DNA of 64,000 nucleotides, from positions 126,051 through 190,050 of the forward strand of contig JBJDXJ010000038.1 of the NCBI GenBank assembly GCA_051866635.1. The letters are read 5' to 3'. Origin of the DNA: Clostridia bacterium. Its GTDB lineage: Bacteria > Bacillota > Clostridia > UMGS1883. Each line of letters begins with the position of its first letter. Position 1 is the stretch's first letter. The notes below the pieces were generated by a model that was not told where the DNA came from, made no database searches, and worked only from the letters and a program-made list of their open reading frames with translations. The position numbers were made by a program, and so were the translations under genes. Positions 1-9,324 of the stretch are shown here, piece after piece.

Positions 1-79
1 GAAATTGAATAATTAAAAAGTGCGATTTTGAAAGCTGATAAAGCAGACAAAATTGCACTTTTTAGTTATGTAAAAATGG

Positions 80-3000
80 CTATTTTGTTATGGTTACGGT
101 TTTTGCTTTTAAATCGGTTTGCACCGAAACACCGGAAACATATTCCATAACGGCGGAAATTTCAGCAATAAGCTCCCCTGATTGGACAAAGAATTCTGCA
201 TTTGTAAGGTTTGTTTCATCACCTATGGAAATTGTTGTTTCGCCTTCCGTAAGGCTTGCACCGCTATCCATGATGGTAAGCTTTACTTTGCCTTGGGTTT
301 CATATGTGTATTGAGCACCCAATGCATCAAGTACGGGACGTACTTCGCAAAGAACACCTGTTGCCGTGTCGGGTTTGTAAGGCTTCGTGGTAAACTTAAC
401 TTCTTCTCCGTTTACAATAACCTTAAAGGTATCCTTCATATCTACCTTTATAAGTTGCCATTTCTGGTTAACGGCGCTAAGGGTATTGTCAGGTTTATTT
501 TGAATTACTTTACCCTCCGAAATTTCCATAGAAAGGTTAGAACTTTTTGAAATTAAACGTACATAGCCGTTTTCTTCACTTTGAATTATCCATTTCTGGT
601 TATCACCGCCGTTTGGTCCGTATACGATAAGTGCAGTTTTTGGTTCCTTGCTTCGTGCAGGCACATCAATTGCAAGAAGGGTTTTACCATGCTTTATTGT
701 ATATGCTTCACCGCCAACATTTTCGAAGGTCCAGATAAGGCTTTCATCATTTTCGTCAAAGTCTGTAAGCGTTAATGCACCATCTGTAACTGTAAGTGCT
801 TTGTTTGTTCCTACGTTTTTAATAATGTATTTAACAGTGTTATCTTCGTAACTTGGAATACGTGTCTTTTTAATGTTCTTTAAAACAAGGCGGTTAAAGA
901 GGGTATCTTCACGTTCAATTTTAAATGTGTTGACCTTTTCTGCCCTTTGAGGAAGCTCTGTCATTCCGTTAATTAATGAAAACTCTGTCATGGAAAGTGT
1001 AACGGAAGCACTTTCTAAGCCTTGTGCAGTTGCAGTTAATGTAAAGCTATTACCCCGTGGTACACTTTGTACAAATACACGGTTCACACCGTTTTCCGCA
1101 TAGCAGTAGTCTTTATGTATAACACTTGTTTCGTCAAATGTACCTGAGTTGTAGCCGCCTAAGAATACACCGTCGCCTTCTAATGTGAAGTCAATTCTGT
1201 CATATGCCAAGGGGCATACGTTTCCGTCCTCATCCACAATTTCAACATCAAAGTAACAAACATCGCTGCCATCGGCAATTAATCCGTCAGGTCCCGTATA
1301 TGGGGTAAGGCGGATGCTTTTTACCTCGCCTGCGGTAACAATTTTGTCCTTTGCAATTACATCACCGTCACTGTTGTAACCGATAGCTGAAATGTAACCA
1401 GACTGCGTAACGTCAATATGCGGGAATTCGTAAACGTAGTTATCATATGGTGCATCGTTTGTGCCTACCAATCCGCCGTTTACGTACAGCTCAATTTTAT
1501 CTATCATTTCACTGCCGAAAACGTAAACTGTTTTATCTGTGGGGTCACGACGGTCTGTGTTATCAGTTACCTCCCAATATGTGCCATTCCATTCCTTGGT
1601 ATGGTAGTTATAGTTTTCTTCGCTGTTTTCAGGGTAGTTCCAATGACCTACTATGTGAACCATTGCCGTGTCAGACTGCATAACCTGCATTGCGTAAAAC
1701 ACGGGTTTTTTAATTCTTACAGGGTCAACCTTACCTGATGTACGGCAGTTTTCACTGCCCGCATTTCTTCCGTGCATGTTAGAGTCGCTCCACACCATAA
1801 TGGCGGCACCTGAATAATAATCCTTACCTGTCAAGCCCCCAACACGGTTATTGTAGAAATATGAATAGCCGTCATAGCTTGATGCCTGATAAACGGAAAA
1901 CTCCTCCTGTGTCTGGTCCCATACATCATAGCCATCGGTTTTCTTGGCACCGTCACCAAGCCACTTGTTAAGATAGTCATAATGTGGTGGTGAATAGTCA
2001 TCCCACACACGCCTTGGCGATTCGTCACGCTTATATTCCGTTTCTAAAATGGGTATGAACTTGCCCACTGTTGCCATGGAGCTTTTTGCCCATTCGTCAT
2101 AGCGGTAAATCATTGTGCCTGCCCATTCTGCAGCTTTTATCTGTTCAGGGCTTGTTATGCTTCTGCAACCCATAAAACGGTAGCCTTTGGGGTCTAAAAG
2201 GTTTTTCATATCGGTCATTTCCTGCATGTGTTCTGCGGAGATTGCCGCATTTCCCGCCTCATAAAAAATAACAGATGGGGAATTACGGAAATATATAATG
2301 GCATCACGCATTGATTCCATTCGCATATCCCATGTTCGTCCGTTTGTATCCCCTTCCTTGTCGCCTGCTGGGCATACGGACACAACGCCGTATTTGTCGC
2401 ATGAACGTATTGCAACGGGCTTTGGGGTAACGTGCATCCAACGGATAAAGTTTGAACCTGACTGGCGTACAAGGTGCATATCATAATCGGTAAGCCAGTC
2501 GTTGGCAACGCCTATAACTGCCCATTCATTTGTAGAACGCTGGGCATATCCTTTAAGGTACACGCTTTCACCGTTTATTAAAAGACCACCGTTATCAATG
2601 TCGTATTCCACTTTCCTGAAGCCTGTTGTAATACATTCCGTGTCAACTTCTTCACCGTCAATTATAAGTGTGGTATATACATCGTAAAGGTGGGGGTTGT
2701 CAATACTCCAGAATGTAAGGGAAGAAACAGAGGCAGATGCACTTATGTATGTTACAGAGGAGGTTTGGGCATTTGTAGGTGAAGGTGTTTCGCTGTATGC
2801 GTCCTGCGGCACAACGGTCTTGAAAACTTCGCCCTTGTCCTTTGCCACGGGTACAGTTGTTTCTTTCGATTCAAAGTGTGCAATTACCTTGTCGCCTTCT
2901 GCAATGTAAACACCGATTTTTGCACTAACATCACTGTCAGACTCGTTTCTTACTTCTGCCTTTACATTTATTGTGGCAGTTTTACTGTTAAAGTCAAAAT

Positions 3001-3754
3001 CTGAGGGGTAAATATAATTACCTGTTGTTTTAAGGTTGTTATAAAGGGGCTTTGTCTGGTAAACAAGAGGCTTAACGTATAAATTCACGTTGCCTGTGAT
3101 ACCGCCCTGAACCTCGTTAAAATCCTTTTGGTTCCACTGGTAGCCTACGCCTGACCCATCCCCGGGAGTGTTGCCGGGAATTGTTTCAACTGTTGTGAAG
3201 GTTGAACCGCGGTAGGCGGCATTGTCGGTAATTAAAGCGATAAGGTTGTCCCCTTCTTTAACAAAAGAGGAAATGTCAAATCCCACAGGTGCCGTACCGT
3301 GTTCATAATAGCCCACAAAATTTCCGTTTATATAAAGATATATAGTCTGCCTGATAGCTTCAAACTCTATAATGAATTTCTTATTTTCAACGCTTTCAAG
3401 TGTAAAATGCTTTCGGTACATCATGTAGCCTCGGTAAAGAGAAGCTTCACCTGCATCTTTGATTACGTTGTCAAAGGAGTCGGAAGCATTTGGTGCATGA
3501 GGAACAGACACCGTTTCCCACAATGAATCGTCATAATCCACTTCGTAAAACTGCTTGCCGTCCTTTACCATGCTTTCCACGGCATCCTTTAAAGGAAACG
3601 CCACATTTGTTTTTGTAAACTTCCAGTCAAAGTTCATGTTATAGGTTTTTTCTTTAAGTTTGGGTAACATAACATCATCCTCTCCATGAATAGAAATCGG
3701 CATTGCAGACAAAAGAACCACAAGTGCCAATATACATAAAAATACTCTTTTCAT
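80..3754 (-). CDS. Secreted glycoside hydrolase, GH2-like, with C-terminal ricin-B-type lectin repeats and a copper-amine-oxidase-N-like stalk domain
   Basis: The ORF runs 80..3802. The likely start is ATG 3754: signal peptide MKRVFLCILALVVLLSAMP, with AGGGAGGT 9 nt upstream. GH2-like motifs are WSIDNPHLY, NFIRWMH and STNEW. QxW lectin repeats are DNQKWIIQ and VNQKWQLI. Confidence 0.6.
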   Translation of the reverse strand: MKRVFLCILALVVLLSAMPISIHGEDDVMLPKLKEKTYNMNFDWKFTKTNVAFPLKDAVESMVKDGKQFYEVDYDDSLWETVSVPHAPNASDSFDNVIKDAGEASLYRGYMMYRKHFTLESVENKKFIIEFEAIRQTIYLYINGNFVGYYEHGTAPVGFDISSFVKEGDNLIALITDNAAYRGSTFTTVETIPGNTPGDGSGVGYQWNQKDFNEVQGGITGNVNLYVKPLVYQTKPLYNNLKTTGNYIYPSDFDFNSKTATINVKAEVRNESDSDVSAKIGVYIAEGDKVIAHFESKETTVPVAKDKGEVFKTVVPQDAYSETPSPTNAQTSSVTYISASASVSSLTFWSIDNPHLYDVYTTLIIDGEEVDTECITTGFRKVEYDIDNGGLLINGESVYLKGYAQRSTNEWAVIGVANDWLTDYDMHLVRQSGSNFIRWMHVTPKPVAIRSCDKYGVVSVCPAGDKEGDTNGRTWDMRMESMRDAIIYFRNSPSVIFYEAGNAAISAEHMQEMTDMKNLLDPKGYRFMGCRSITSPEQIKAAEWAGTMIYRYDEWAKSSMATVGKFIPILETEYKRDESPRRVWDDYSPPHYDYLNKWLGDGAKKTDGYDVWDQTQEEFSVYQASSYDGYSYFYNNRVGGLTGKDYYSGAAIMVWSDSNMHGRNAGSENCRTSGKVDPVRIKKPVFYAMQVMQSDTAMVHIVGHWNYPENSEENYNYHTKEWNGTYWEVTDNTDRRDPTDKTVYVFGSEMIDKIELYVNGGLVGTNDAPYDNYVYEFPHIDVTQSGYISAIGYNSDGDVIAKDKIVTAGEVKSIRLTPYTGPDGLIADGSDVCYFDVEIVDEDGNVCPLAYDRIDFTLEGDGVFLGGYNSGTFDETSVIHKDYCYAENGVNRVFVQSVPRGNSFTLTATAQGLESASVTLSMTEFSLINGMTELPQRAEKVNTFKIEREDTLFNRLVLKNIKKTRIPSYEDNTVKYIIKNVGTNKALTVTDGALTLTDFDENDESLIWTFENVGGEAYTIKHGKTLLAIDVPARSKEPKTALIVYGPNGGDNQKWIIQSEENGYVRLISKSSNLSMEISEGKVIQNKPDNTLSAVNQKWQLIKVDMKDTFKVIVNGEEVKFTTKPYKPDTATGVLCEVRPVLDALGAQYTYETQGKVKLTIMDSGASLTEGETTISIGDETNLTNAEFFVQSGELIAEISAVMEYVSGVSVQTDLKAKTVTITK

Positions 3755-3867
3755 TTTCAAATACCTCCCTTTTTTTGATTGTACCATTATTGAAACGCAC
3801 ATAAAATATATTTATGGTGTATAAATATTTGAAAATGATGTTTTTTGGAGAAGAAATGCTTGAAAAC

Positions 3868-4221
3868 TCATACATCTTTAAAGGCGTTTAACATAGAATC
3901 GATAGTTAATTCAACCAATCTTAACTGGTGTTTGTCAAGTTTATCAAGCTTTTTGGAAATGTTGTTCAGTTGAGGCACGGTACTCTTTTCCAGACAATCG
4001 CAAAGCAAGCTGTCAAGACTACATTCCAAGATGTTTGCAATTTTCACAAGTGTGTCTACGCTTGGTCTTTTACTGCCGTTTTCTAAATCCCAAAGGAAAG
4101 TAGAGGATATGCCAACCATTTCACTGAATTTATCCCCTGTCATATGCTTAAGCTGTCGCATTTCTTTAATTCGTTTCCCTAAATTCTGTGGTAAATCTTT
4201 ATATTCGTCCTTCGTTTTCAT
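3868..4221 (-). CDS. XRE-family helix-turn-helix transcriptional regulator
   Basis: 117 aa. The HTH_3-like region is LGKRIKEMRQLKHMTGDKFSEMVGISSTFLWDLENGSKRPSVDTLVKIANIL. Confidence 0.8.
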   Translation of the reverse strand: MKTKDEYKDLPQNLGKRIKEMRQLKHMTGDKFSEMVGISSTFLWDLENGSKRPSVDTLVKIANILECSLDSLLCDCLEKSTVPQLNNISKKLDKLDKHQLRLVELTIDSMLNAFKDV

Positions 4222-4326
4222 GAGAAATCACCGCCAACAGTTAAAAAATTCGCTTATAGTTTATTATAGCTTAATAATTAATAAAATCATGAAAAACCAT
4301 CTATAAGAAGATATTTTAACCAACAG

Positions 4327-4355
4327 TTGACAAAAAGTAAGAGCGGTGTTATAAT
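4327..4355 (+). promoter_or_regulatory. Consensus sigma-A-type promoter (TTGACA, 17-nt spacer, TATAAT)
   Basis: TTGACA lies at 4327-4332, followed by a 17-nt spacer and TATAAT at 4350-4355. It sits about 60 nt upstream of the lipoprotein start. Confidence 0.6.
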
Positions 4356-4413
4356 CAATTTACAAATTATGGGCAAATAATTTTATAAATATTATAAAAG
4401 TGAGGTCTGACAA

Positions 4414-5007
4414 ATGAAAAAGAATATTTTGATTATTGTAGTTTTAACGGCAATATTGACAACAGGGTGTCTTAGCGGCAATAAACCTGAAAAAGAGGAA
4501 GTTTTTATTGAAACTGCAACAGAAAGTACAACAAATGAAACTTTAACAGAATCGGTTGAGATTTCTTCCGAAGAAGAAACAGTCGAAAAAGAAACTGTTT
4601 TTGAAGAAGTGAAGATAATTGAAACTGCCCCATCAGGTAAGACTGAAAAAACGAAAAATACAACCTCATCAAATACAACATCGTCAAGCACAACATCGTC
4701 AAGCACAACTTCATCAAGCACAACCCCGTCAAGTACCACTTCATCAAGTACAACTTCATCAAGCACAACCCCGTCAAGCACCACTTCATCAAGCACCACT
4801 TCATCAAGCACAACCTCATCAAATACAACCTCTTCAAATGCAACCTCCAACGAAAAGGTTAACAATCCCAACACAAACGGGCAAAAGGTTTACAGAACAC
4901 CTACAGGAAAGAAATATCACTACGACCCTGACTGCGGTGGCAAAAACTCTTATGAAACAACATATTATGCAGATCTTGACCCCTGCAAAAAGTGTGTGCT
5001 TAAATAA
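4414..5007 (+). CDS. Lipoprotein with a Ser/Thr-rich tandem repeat and a C-terminal Cys-rich (KYH..C..CxxC) motif
   Basis: Lipobox LTTGC at residues 15-19. A (TTSSS)n low-complexity linker follows. The C-terminus reads GKKYHYDPDCGGKNSYETTYYADLDPCKKC. An AGGTCTGA-type RBS region precedes the ATG. Confidence 0.75.
   Translation: MKKNILIIVVLTAILTTGCLSGNKPEKEEVFIETATESTTNETLTESVEISSEEETVEKETVFEEVKIIETAPSGKTEKTKNTTSSNTTSSSTTSSSTTSSSTTPSSTTSSSTTSSSTTPSSTTSSSTTSSSTTSSNTTSSNATSNEKVNNPNTNGQKVYRTPTGKKYHYDPDCGGKNSYETTYYADLDPCKKCVLK
4660..4848 (+). repeat. Tandem 15-nt coding repeat (ACNACNTCNTCAAGC, about 12 units)
   Basis: Read directly: acaacatcgtcaagc, acaacttcatcaagc and acaaccccgtcaagt units repeat in frame. 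The repeat also generates long spurious ORFs in other frames and on the other strand. Confidence 0.9.
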
Positions 5008-5024
5008 AAACATATTCCTTTTAC

Positions 5025-5048
5025 AAAAGTGCAGATTTCTGCACTTTT
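5025..5048 (+). terminator. Rho-independent terminator after the lipoprotein gene
   Basis: aaaagtgcagatttctgcactttt forms a perfect 9-bp stem with a T-run. Confidence 0.75.
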
Positions 5049-5052
5049 ACTA

Positions 5053-5081
5053 TTGACTTTATCGCTTTAGCATGATATAGT
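5053..5081 (+). promoter_or_regulatory. Candidate his-operon promoter (TTGACT, 17-nt spacer, TATAGT) overlapped by an imperfect 24-bp palindrome
   Basis: TTGACT lies at 5053-5058 and TATAGT at 5076-5081. The palindrome CTTTAGCATGATATAGTGTTAAAG (5065-5088, 9 of 12 positions pairing) overlaps the -10 element. Confidence 0.5.
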
Positions 5082-5109
5082 GTTAAAGTAAATTTTAGGA
5101 GGCGAGAAA

Positions 5110-5397
5110 ATGACAAATTTCTATTGCGAAGATATAAAAGAATTATTTAAAGCAATTTTACTTTTGGAAAATGAAGATGAATGTTTAAAATTTTTTGAGG
5201 ATATATGCACTGTAAAGGAAATACAGGATATGGCACAAAGGCTTAATGTGGCTAAAACATTAAAGCAGGGTAAAAGCTATCAGGAGGTTTCAAAGGAAAC
5301 AGGAGCTTCAACCGCAACAATAAGCCGTGTTAACAAATGCCTTGTATACGGCACAGGGGGATATAATACTATTTTGGAAAGGCTTGGAGAAATATGA
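5110..5397 (+). CDS. TrpR-like YerC/YecD family protein
   Basis: 95 aa. The sequence LFKAILLLENEDECLKFFEDICTVKEIQDMAQRLNVAKTL...GASTATISRV is typical of the YerC/YecD TrpR-fold family. Its stop overlaps the hisZ start (ATGA). Confidence 0.8.
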   Translation: MTNFYCEDIKELFKAILLLENEDECLKFFEDICTVKEIQDMAQRLNVAKTLKQGKSYQEVSKETGASTATISRVNKCLVYGTGGYNTILERLGEI

Positions 5398-6968
5398 TGA
5401 ATATAGATATGAGTGTTTTAAAAAATGATGAAAGGGCGATTTTTACTCTGCGTTCTTTATATAAGAAGTACGGTTACAGCCTCTTTATGATGAGCAAGTT
5501 TGAAGAGTATGATTTATATGTAAGAAACAAAGATTTCTTAGTTTCCGACAACATAATCACTTTTAACGACACCGACGGTAAACTTATGGCATTAAAGCCC
5601 GATGTTACCTTGTCAATTATTAAAAATACAAAAAGCGGTCAGGGCGGTGTAAGAAAGGTTTACTACAATGAAAACGTATACCGTGTGTCAAAGGGGACAA
5701 ATTCCTTTAAAGAAATTATGCAGGTGGGACTGGAATGTATCGGTCAGATTGACAAAAGCCATATTACCGAGGTTATTTGTCTTGCGGCGGCAAGCCTTAA
5801 AAGTATTTCGGGAAAGTTTGTGCTTGACATATCCCACCTTGGTATCGTTTCCTCTGTTTTGAACAGGATGGACATAGAAGAAGGCGACAGAAAAGAAATC
5901 ATAAAAGCAATGGGTGAAAAGAATGTTCACCGCATTGAGGAAATTTGCAAAAACAACGGAAAAAATGCAGAAATGATTAAAAAGCTGGCATCAACATACG
6001 GCGAAAGCAGTTTGGTTTTAGAAAGTTTGAAGCAAATCTGCGGCGAATATGACGAAAATGTCAGGGAATTGGAATATATAACAAAGGTTCTGGAAAAAGA
6101 AGGATATAAGGATAATATAATTATTGACTTTTCAGTTATAAATGACGTAAACTATTACAATGGTGTTGTATTTAAAGGCTATATTGAAAATGTGGCAGAA
6201 GGCGTGCTCTCAGGTGGTCAGTATGACAACCTTTTGGCAAAAATGGGAAAGAGCGATAAGGCAATTGGCTTTGCAGTATATCTTGACCGTCTTTCACGTA
6301 TTGACAGTATGGACGAAATTGCAAACGAAAAGTCGGAAGAAAAAAAGATGCTTAACATTGCCCTTCCCAAAGGCAGACTTGGGGAAAAGGTATACTCAAT
6401 GTTTGAAAAGGCAGGCTTTGAATGTCCTTCCATAAAGGAAAACAACCGCAAACTTATTTTTGAGAACCAAGAAAAGGGTGTAAGGTACTTTTGGGTAAAG
6501 CCTTCCGATGTTTCCATTTATGTTGAACGGGGTGCCGCTGACATAGGTGTTGCAGGTAAGGATATTTTGCTTGAATATGAGCCTGATGTGTACGAACTTT
6601 TAGACCTTGATATAGGCAAGTGCCGTATGGCTGTTGCCGCAAAAAAGGACTTTACGGATGATACGGAAAAGACACTTCGTGTTGCCACAAAGTTTACAAA
6701 TATTACAAAGAATTACTACGCTTCACAAGGCAGGGATATTGACATTATCCACCTTAACGGCTCTATTGAAATTGCACCTATTTTAGGCTTAAGTGATGTT
6801 ATTGTTGACATAGTTGAAACGGGAACAACCCTTCGTGAAAATAACCTTGAAGTTATTGAAACGGTTGTACCTATAAGTGCAAGGCTTATTGCAAATAAGT
6901 CGGGCTTTATGTTCAAACGTGAAATGATTGAAAAGCTGACAGAAAGCATCAAAAATTTGGAGGAATAA
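5394..6968 (+). CDS. hisZG: In-frame fusion of the ATP phosphoribosyltransferase regulatory subunit (HisZ-like) and short-form catalytic HisG
   Basis: The first 318 aa are HisRS-paralog-like (YYNGVVFKGY, SGGQYDNLL, AIGFAVYLD). From ATG 6348 the sequence is HisG-like (MLNIALPKGRLGEKV ... VETGTTLRENNLEVIE). No stop codon separates the two halves. Confidence 0.85.
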   Translation: MMNIDMSVLKNDERAIFTLRSLYKKYGYSLFMMSKFEEYDLYVRNKDFLVSDNIITFNDTDGKLMALKPDVTLSIIKNTKSGQGGVRKVYYNENVYRVSKGTNSFKEIMQVGLECIGQIDKSHITEVICLAAASLKSISGKFVLDISHLGIVSSVLNRMDIEEGDRKEIIKAMGEKNVHRIEEICKNNGKNAEMIKKLASTYGESSLVLESLKQICGEYDENVRELEYITKVLEKEGYKDNIIIDFSVINDVNYYNGVVFKGYIENVAEGVLSGGQYDNLLAKMGKSDKAIGFAVYLDRLSRIDSMDEIANEKSEEKKMLNIALPKGRLGEKVYSMFEKAGFECPSIKENNRKLIFENQEKGVRYFWVKPSDVSIYVERGAADIGVAGKDILLEYEPDVYELLDLDIGKCRMAVAAKKDFTDDTEKTLRVATKFTNITKNYYASQGRDIDIIHLNGSIEIAPILGLSDVIVDIVETGTTLRENNLEVIETVVPISARLIANKSGFMFKREMIEKLTESIKNLEE

Positions 6969-6970
6969 GT

Positions 6971-8245
6971 ATGATTAAAATATTGGAATATTCATCTGTT
7001 AATAAAAATGATATATTTGCAAGAAGCGAAGCAAAGGTTAATGTGGCAGAAATCGTTTCCGACATTATTTCAAACGTGAGAGAGCGTGGCGATGAAGCGG
7101 TAAAGGAATACTGCAAAAAGTTCGACAAGGCGGACCTTACGAGCCTTCTTGTAACAGAAGAAGAAATTGACCGTGCATTTGAAGAAGTGGATGAAAAGTT
7201 TATTGAGATACTTAAAAAGGCAAGTGCCAACATACGTAAATTCCACCAAAAGCAAGTGAGGAACAGTTTTATCATAAACGACGAAAAAGGTATTGTAACA
7301 GGGCAGAAGGTAATCCCCGTTGACCGTGCAGGGCTTTATGTGCCCGGGGGAACTGCCGCATATCCTTCAACGGTTTTGATGGATGCTATCCCTGCCTTCA
7401 TTGCGGGGGTAAAGGAAATTGTCATGGTAACACCCCCTGACAAAAACGGAAATATAAACCCCGTAATACTTGCGGCGGCAAAGATTGCAGGGGTAACTAA
7501 AATATTTAAAACAGGCGGTGCACAGGCAATTGCGGCACTTGCCTACGGTACGGAAAGCATACCTAAGGTTGACAAAATTGTGGGCCCCGGTAACGCATTT
7601 GTTGCCGAAGCAAAAAAACAGGTTTTCGGTGTTGTTTCAATTGATATGATTGCAGGCCCCAGTGAAATACTTGTTGTAGCCGATAAAACCTGTAACCCCA
7701 AATATGTTGCGGCTGATTTGTTAAGCCAGGCGGAACACGATAAAATGGCAAGTGCCGTCCTTGTAACCGACAGTATGGAGCTTGCGAAAAATGTACAAAA
7801 GGAAATTGAAATACAGCTTGAAAGCCTTGAAAGGTACGAAATTGCCCGTGAATCTATTGACAACAACGGTAAAATCATTGTGGCAGATACACTTTATGCG
7901 GCTATAGATATTGCAAACGAATTGGCACCTGAACATTTAGAGCTTTGTGTGGACAATCCCTTTGACTATATTGACTCTGTCCGTCATGCAGGCAGTGTTT
8001 TCATGGGTAAGTATTGCCCCGAAGCCTTGGGCGATTATTTTGCAGGTGCTAACCACACCCTTCCCACAAGCGGTACTGCCAAATTTGCAAGTCCTCTTTC
8101 CGTTGATGACTTTGTAAAGAAAATGCAGTACACCTATTATACAAAGGACGCACTTGAAAGTGTTGCCCGTGACGTTGAATATTTTGCAAAAAAAGAAGGA
8201 CTTACGGCACACGCTAAAAGTGCTGTTATACGCTTGGAGGACTGA
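6971..8245 (+). CDS. hisD: Histidinol dehydrogenase
   Basis: 424 aa. Motifs: LYVPGGTAAYPSTVLM, QAEHD, GDYFAGANHTLPT. Sits within the his operon. Confidence 0.95.
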   Translation: MIKILEYSSVNKNDIFARSEAKVNVAEIVSDIISNVRERGDEAVKEYCKKFDKADLTSLLVTEEEIDRAFEEVDEKFIEILKKASANIRKFHQKQVRNSFIINDEKGIVTGQKVIPVDRAGLYVPGGTAAYPSTVLMDAIPAFIAGVKEIVMVTPPDKNGNINPVILAAAKIAGVTKIFKTGGAQAIAALAYGTESIPKVDKIVGPGNAFVAEAKKQVFGVVSIDMIAGPSEILVVADKTCNPKYVAADLLSQAEHDKMASAVLVTDSMELAKNVQKEIEIQLESLERYEIARESIDNNGKIIVADTLYAAIDIANELAPEHLELCVDNPFDYIDSVRHAGSVFMGKYCPEALGDYFAGANHTLPTSGTAKFASPLSVDDFVKKMQYTYYTKDALESVARDVEYFAKKEGLTAHAKSAVIRLED

Positions 8246-8250
8246 TTTCA

Positions 8251-9324
8251 TTGAGCAGATTTTTTTCGGATAAATATAAAAAACTTATTCCATACACCCC
8301 GGGTGAACAGCCAAAGGATATGGAATACATAAAACTTAATACAAACGAGTCACCCTTTCCGCCCTCTGAAAGGTCAGCGGAATATGCCTTGAAAGAGGCA
8401 AGGATGCTTCACTTATATCCCGACCCTGAATGTAGCCGTCTTACAAAAAAGCTCGCTGAAACATTGGGCGTTTCACCTGACTGCGTTCTTTGCACAAACG
8501 GGTCCGACGAAATTTTAAACTTTGCATTTATGGCATATTGCGACAGTAAAACACCTGCCGTATTTCCCGACATAACATACGGATTTTATTCGGTCTTTGC
8601 CGATATTAACAATGTAGAATATGAAACTGTTCCCTTAAAGGACAACTTTACAATTGACATATCAGACTACTTTGACAAAAATGCTACAATATTTATAGCA
8701 AACCCCAATGCACCTACAGGCATCGCCTTATCTTTAGAGGAAATTGAAGAAATTCTGAAACATAACAAAAATAACATTGTTGTAATTGATGAGGCATATG
8801 TGGACTTTGGCAATCAAAGTGCGGTAAGTCTTATACATAAATACGATAATTTGCTTGTGACGCAAACATTTTCAAAGTCACGCTCATTAGCCGGGGGAAG
8901 ATTGGGTTTCGGGGTAGGATGCCGTGAACTTATACAGGATTTGAACACAATAAAATATTCCACAAACCCCTATAATATTAACCGTATGACTATGGCATCT
9001 GCCTTAGGTATGCTGGAGGACGAAAAATACACCCGTGATAACTGTAAAAAGATTATTGAAAACAGGGAATATGCAGCAGGCGAGCTTGGAAAGTTAGGCT
9101 TTGAAATGACAAATTCAACTGCAAACTTTATTTTTGCAAAGCATAACAGGATGGACGGTGAAGAGCTTTATAAAATGCTTAAGGAAAAAGGTATTCTCAT
9201 CCGCCATTTTAACACAGAGAGGATTAAGGACTATAACCGCATAACCATAGGCACAAAGGAGCAGATGGAAAAGCTTATAGATACTGTAAGAGAAATACTG
9301 GAGGTAAGTTATGAGAGAGATTGA
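8251..9324 (+). CDS. hisC: Histidinol-phosphate aminotransferase
   Basis: 357 aa with a TTG start. Motifs: LNTNESPFPP and TQTFSKSRSLAGGRLGF (PLP lysine). Confidence 0.92.
   Translation: MSRFFSDKYKKLIPYTPGEQPKDMEYIKLNTNESPFPPSERSAEYALKEARMLHLYPDPECSRLTKKLAETLGVSPDCVLCTNGSDEILNFAFMAYCDSKTPAVFPDITYGFYSVFADINNVEYETVPLKDNFTIDISDYFDKNATIFIANPNAPTGIALSLEEIEEILKHNKNNIVVIDEAYVDFGNQSAVSLIHKYDNLLVTQTFSKSRSLAGGRLGFGVGCRELIQDLNTIKYSTNPYNINRMTMASALGMLEDEKYTRDNCKKIIENREYAAGELGKLGFEMTNSTANFIFAKHNRMDGEELYKMLKEKGILIRHFNTERIKDYNRITIGTKEQMEKLIDTVREILEVSYERD

Noticed and set aside
4392-5056. Long ORFs on the minus strand (4392-4874, 4505-4843) and in another plus frame (4619-5056).
   Set aside because: These are artefacts of the 15-nt tandem repeat, which stays open in several frames. 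The lipoprotein frame alone has a lipobox, an RBS and a promoter.
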